From Bacteroidota bacterium (GTDB lineage Bacteria; Bacteroidota; Bacteroidia; JABDFU01), in assembly GCA_013286385.1 (NCBI GenBank), contig JABDFU010000009.1:1053-65052 (forward strand): a stretch of 64,000 nt of DNA, written 5' to 3'. This document shows, in pieces, positions 60,848 to 64,000 of this stretch. How positions within the stretch are numbered: position 1 is the stretch's first letter; every line of letters begins with the position of its first letter. Under the pieces are notes generated by a model. That model was not told the origin of the DNA. It searched no databases and was given only the letters and a program-made list of their open reading frames with translations. A program made the translations under genes and the position numbers.

Positions 60848-63583
60848 GTGACACCGATCAGGCTGGCCGCTAAGGTTTTTTTTGCTCCATTCCCGGCTTT
60901 GCTATGTCTGCTAACCATTCTGTTAACCGATGGCTGTACAACCAAGAAAAACACCTGGGTTACCAGACATTTTCACAATACCACTTCCAGGTTTAATGGC
61001 TATTTTTATGCCAACGAAAGTGTAAAAGACGGACTCTTTAAACTCGAGACAACACGAAAAGAAGATTACAGCAAGATACTCCCTGTTTTCATTTACCCCA
61101 ATCCTGAACAGGCCAAGGCCCTGTTCCCTGAGATGGACAAATCTATTTTGAAATTGTCGAAAGTCATTAAGCACCACATGATTACCACAAAATCAGGCAA
61201 GGAGATTCCCGGAGCCTGCAAATGGATAGCCCCCAGCTTTGTGCTTATGGGCCGTGCACATTTTTACAAACGCGATTTCTTTGCCGCCATCGAAAACTTT
61301 GATTACGTTTCGCGCACCTACAAAAAGAACAACGACCGCAGTCTGGCCCTGAGGTGGTTTATCCGTAATCCCGAAGACACCCGTTATCCCTTGCTGAGCG
61401 ACCGCTACATGGGAATGATGTGGCTCATCAGGGCCTATGATGAAATGGGAAGCGTATCCGAAGCCGAGTCCCTGATCGATTTGCTGGCCGATGACAAAGA
61501 GCTGCCCAAAGAATACCAAAGCGAGCTGGCCGCCATTGAGGCGTACCATTTTCTGATGCGTGAAAATTACGGGGGAGCGATGAAGCCGCTTCTGAAAGCA
61601 ATCACGCTCTGCAAAAGCAGGAAATACAGAGCCCGGTATACCTTTATCCTTGCGCAACTGGAGCAAAAAACAGGGAAACTGAAGAGGGCCTCTGATTTGT
61701 ACACCAATGTGGTGAAACTGCATCCCGTTTACGAAATGGCCTTCAATGCCCAGATGAACAAGGCCAGCTGTTACGACCCCGCTTCTCCTGAAGAGGGCGA
61801 AAAAATTAAAAAACAATTGTTCAAAATGCTTAAGGATAAAAAGAACATTGATTTGCAGGATCAGATTTATTATGCATTGGCCGTAATTGCGGAAAAGGAC
61901 AATCAGATGAATGACTGCATGAGTTACCTGAAACGGTCGATCAAAAAAAGCGTGAGCAATAAAAATCAAAAGGCGCTTTCTTTTTTGAAACTGGCGGATA
62001 TCTCATTTGACCGGATGGAGTACCGCCCTGCTCAGGCCTATTACGACAGTACGGTTTCGCTTATTAAGCCCGACTTCCCCAATTTTGAACTGATTAACAA
62101 CAAGCGAAAAAGCCTGTCTGATCTGGTCAGAAACATGACCATTATTATTGATCAGGACAGCCTGCAGGCCATTGCCAGGATGAGTGATGCAGCCCGGGAT
62201 GCGAAAATAGCGGAGGTTATGGCTGATGAAGAAGCGGCTCAGAAAAAGAAAGAAGAAGAACTTGCGCTGCAGAAGCAGCAGCAAAAGGACAACAGTCAGA
62301 TGGGGCAGCAGGCGGGAGGCTCCCAGCAAAACAACGGGCAGTGGTATTATTACAATTCGGCCACGGTGAACTTCGGTATGAGTGATTTCAAAAAAAAATG
62401 GGGGGACCGAAAACTGGAGGATAATTGGAGGCGATCTTCGAAAGATGCTACCCTGGACGACGCGGGCGCCTCTTCTGACCAGACAGACGCCGCGGCGGAT
62501 TCGACCAAGAAAACGGCCGTGGTTAAGAAAACGACCGATAAAAAAAGCAAGGACTTTTACCTGCAAAACATTCCGCTGACCGAGGCAGCCCTTAAAAAAT
62601 CGAACGAAAAAATTCTGGAAGCCTATTATGCGCTGGGCTCCATTTACAAAGAGCAGCTTTTTAACAACAAAAAAGCTGCTGAGACATTCGAGGATATGTT
62701 GCAGCGCTTTCCCGAAAATAAATACAAGCTGATTACGTATTATCAGCTGTACCGGCTTTACCTGCTGCTGGCCAATCAGGACCGGACCGACTATTTCAAG
62801 AACCTGATCCTCGATAAATATCCCGATACCGAGTATGCAAAAATTATTCGTAACCCCGGTTACAATGCATCGAAAGAATCGAACCTTAGCGCTGCGGAAG
62901 CCATGTACAACGCGACTTTTCAGCTTTACCGCGACAGTAATTATTTAGCTGTGATTGCTAAATGCCAGGAGGCTGATACGGCATTGGGAAAAAATCCGTT
63001 ATTGCCCCGGTTCGATATGCTGAACGCTTTGGCTATCGGACATACCCAGGGGGTTGATGCCTTCGAAGCTGCACTTACCCGTATTCTTATTAAACACCCC
63101 AAAGGAGAAATAAAGGACAAGGCGCAGGAATATCTGGATCTGATTAAAAAGAAAAGAAATGCTGAAAAAAACGGTCCTGAAACAAAAAAGGATACGCTGG
63201 TCAAGACTGCTGTTCAGTACCTTTTCGATGCCTCTGCCCAATACCTATTCGCCTTTATTTACGAAGGCACTACAGACATCAACAAACTGAAGATACAATT
63301 GGCAGATATAAATTCAGAATTTTACAGCCTGGCAGACCTTAAGGTGGACTATATTCCAATGGATAACGACCGGCATCTGCTAACCGTCAAATCGTTTGAA
63401 GGCAAGGAAAAGGCAATGACGTATTATTCCCTTATTACCAAAGACAAAAAAGACATTTTCACCGGCCTGAATCCTGCCAAACTGAATACTTTTGTTATTT
63501 CAAATGATAACTTCCCCATCTTTTACAAAGAAAAAAATATTGGGGATTACGTTGCGTTTTTTCAGGAGAAGTTTTTAAAATAG
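60848..63583 (+). CDS. TPR-repeat lipoprotein, PorW/SprE-like T9SS component candidate
   Basis: 911 aa with a lipoprotein-like signal ending LLTDGC. It is followed by TTKKNTWVTRHFHNTTSRFNGYFYANES, which resembles the conserved SprE/PorW N-terminus. TPR-like helices run throughout, with a central Gln/Lys-rich low-complexity linker. Recognised from memory only. Confidence 0.55.
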   Translation: MTPIRLAAKVFFAPFPALLCLLTILLTDGCTTKKNTWVTRHFHNTTSRFNGYFYANESVKDGLFKLETTRKEDYSKILPVFIYPNPEQAKALFPEMDKSILKLSKVIKHHMITTKSGKEIPGACKWIAPSFVLMGRAHFYKRDFFAAIENFDYVSRTYKKNNDRSLALRWFIRNPEDTRYPLLSDRYMGMMWLIRAYDEMGSVSEAESLIDLLADDKELPKEYQSELAAIEAYHFLMRENYGGAMKPLLKAITLCKSRKYRARYTFILAQLEQKTGKLKRASDLYTNVVKLHPVYEMAFNAQMNKASCYDPASPEEGEKIKKQLFKMLKDKKNIDLQDQIYYALAVIAEKDNQMNDCMSYLKRSIKKSVSNKNQKALSFLKLADISFDRMEYRPAQAYYDSTVSLIKPDFPNFELINNKRKSLSDLVRNMTIIIDQDSLQAIARMSDAARDAKIAEVMADEEAAQKKKEEELALQKQQQKDNSQMGQQAGGSQQNNGQWYYYNSATVNFGMSDFKKKWGDRKLEDNWRRSSKDATLDDAGASSDQTDAAADSTKKTAVVKKTTDKKSKDFYLQNIPLTEAALKKSNEKILEAYYALGSIYKEQLFNNKKAAETFEDMLQRFPENKYKLITYYQLYRLYLLLANQDRTDYFKNLILDKYPDTEYAKIIRNPGYNASKESNLSAAEAMYNATFQLYRDSNYLAVIAKCQEADTALGKNPLLPRFDMLNALAIGHTQGVDAFEAALTRILIKHPKGEIKDKAQEYLDLIKKKRNAEKNGPETKKDTLVKTAVQYLFDASAQYLFAFIYEGTTDINKLKIQLADINSEFYSLADLKVDYIPMDNDRHLLTVKSFEGKEKAMTYYSLITKDKKDIFTGLNPAKLNTFVISNDNFPIFYKEKNIGDYVAFFQEKFLK

Positions 63584-63612
63584 CCCGGTCGGGCCGGGCT
63601 TCCTTTTATTTC
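63582..63612 (+). terminator. Rho-independent terminator after the PorW/SprE-like gene
   Basis: AGCCCGG-TCGGG-CCGGGCT is a 7-bp GC-rich stem overlapping the stop codon, followed by TCCTTTTATTT. Confidence 0.6.
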
Positions 63613-63648
63613 TGCAGGAAACAGTAATCATTAAGGCGATTAGGTTAA

Positions 63649-64000
63649 TTACAAACTCAGCCCAAGACCAAAGTCTGCTGCCCGGTCGTAACCGCGGTAT
63701 TTTTTATACTCTGCGTACTTCTCGATCACCTGGATCACCTGGCGGTGTCCCATACGTTTTTCGATATGGGCTTCCAGATGCCTGACTGAGCCCCGGTAAT
63801 TGTACATGCGATCGAAGGCATAACCCGCCTTTAGTTTAAAGCCTACGATGTGGAACACTTTTTTATTAGCTACCTGCGGAGAAAGCGTATAGAGATTTTG
63901 CCTGTCTTTCCTGGCCACGATAATATGGATATGCACATGGCGTACGCCCTGTTTCTTTTCATTGTTTTTGACCAGGCCCTGCTTTACCTCCTTGTCCCAG
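63649..64000 (-). CDS. MobB/DUF5712-like mobilisation-associated protein. Partial: the N-terminus lies beyond the window end.
   Basis: The frame is open from 64000 down to the stop at 63649. WDKEVKQGLVKNNEKKQGVRHVHIHIIVARKDRQNLYTLSP... resembles the H-x-H-I-I-V-S/A-R-K-D...LSP block of Bacteroidota plasmid and ICE MobB-type proteins. Recognised from memory only. Confidence 0.4.
   Translation of the reverse strand, partial: WDKEVKQGLVKNNEKKQGVRHVHIHIIVARKDRQNLYTLSPQVANKKVFHIVGFKLKAGYAFDRMYNYRGSVRHLEAHIEKRMGHRQVIQVIEKYAEYKKYRGYDRAADFGLGLSL

Noticed and set aside
62200-62560. Low-complexity Gln/Lys/Glu-rich stretch that looked like a DNA repeat
   Set aside because: It is in frame within the PorW/SprE-like gene and encodes a charged linker (EEAAQKKKEEELALQKQQQKDNSQMGQQAGGSQQNNGQ). 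It is not a tandem DNA repeat or a separate element.
61193-62566. 258-aa and 187-aa minus-strand ORFs
   Set aside because: Both lie entirely antisense to the 911-aa TPR lipoprotein gene. Their composition (runs of R/G/F/L) is typical of antisense frames.
1-64000. Search for CRISPR arrays, tRNA/rRNA genes, IS elements and classic defence genes
   Set aside because: I saw no regularly spaced direct repeats, no cloverleaf-like GC-rich segments in the intergenic regions, and no transposase, integrase or nuclease/RM-type ORFs. The only mobility hint is the partial MobB-like ORF at the right edge.

Overview
Chromosomal segment of a Bacteroidota-type genome. Evidence for the phylum: type A and type B T9SS C-terminal sorting domains, PorZ-like and PorW/SprE-like genes, and TAnnTTTG-type -7 boxes. 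About 50 protein genes are densely packed and mostly housekeeping: leuS, fabF-acpP, rnr, nadA, rpiB, ybeY, pyk, recO, dxr and rseP. I recognised no rRNA, tRNA, CRISPR array or transposase. Main points from reading the sequence: (1) A ~2.9 kb minus-strand gene at 1-2935 is missing from the ORF track because it runs off the window. (2) Five conserved genes are interrupted, four by frameshifts inside homopolymer runs (A7, A7, G5, T6) and one by an in-frame TGA at a conserved Gly position. RNase R also has an in-frame TGA downstream of its frameshift. This suggests consensus errors or real gene decay, not recoding. (3) A 3130-aa T9SS cargo protein is built from four divergent super-repeats. (4) An exact 19-bp direct repeat with a CACGTG-centred imperfect palindrome brackets an isolated methyltransferase gene that sits between two unusually long AT-rich spacers. 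(5) A co-directional GT2 / SAM-methyltransferase / YfhO(GT-C) / BNR-propeller string lies downstream of dxr-rseP, and a second GT-C-like gene lies beside the PorZ-like gene. Both are candidates for envelope or cargo glycosylation. (6) The window ends in a MobB/DUF5712-like fragment, so a mobile element may start there. I found no clear defence system or other demonstrably new system. All system-level proposals below are inference.
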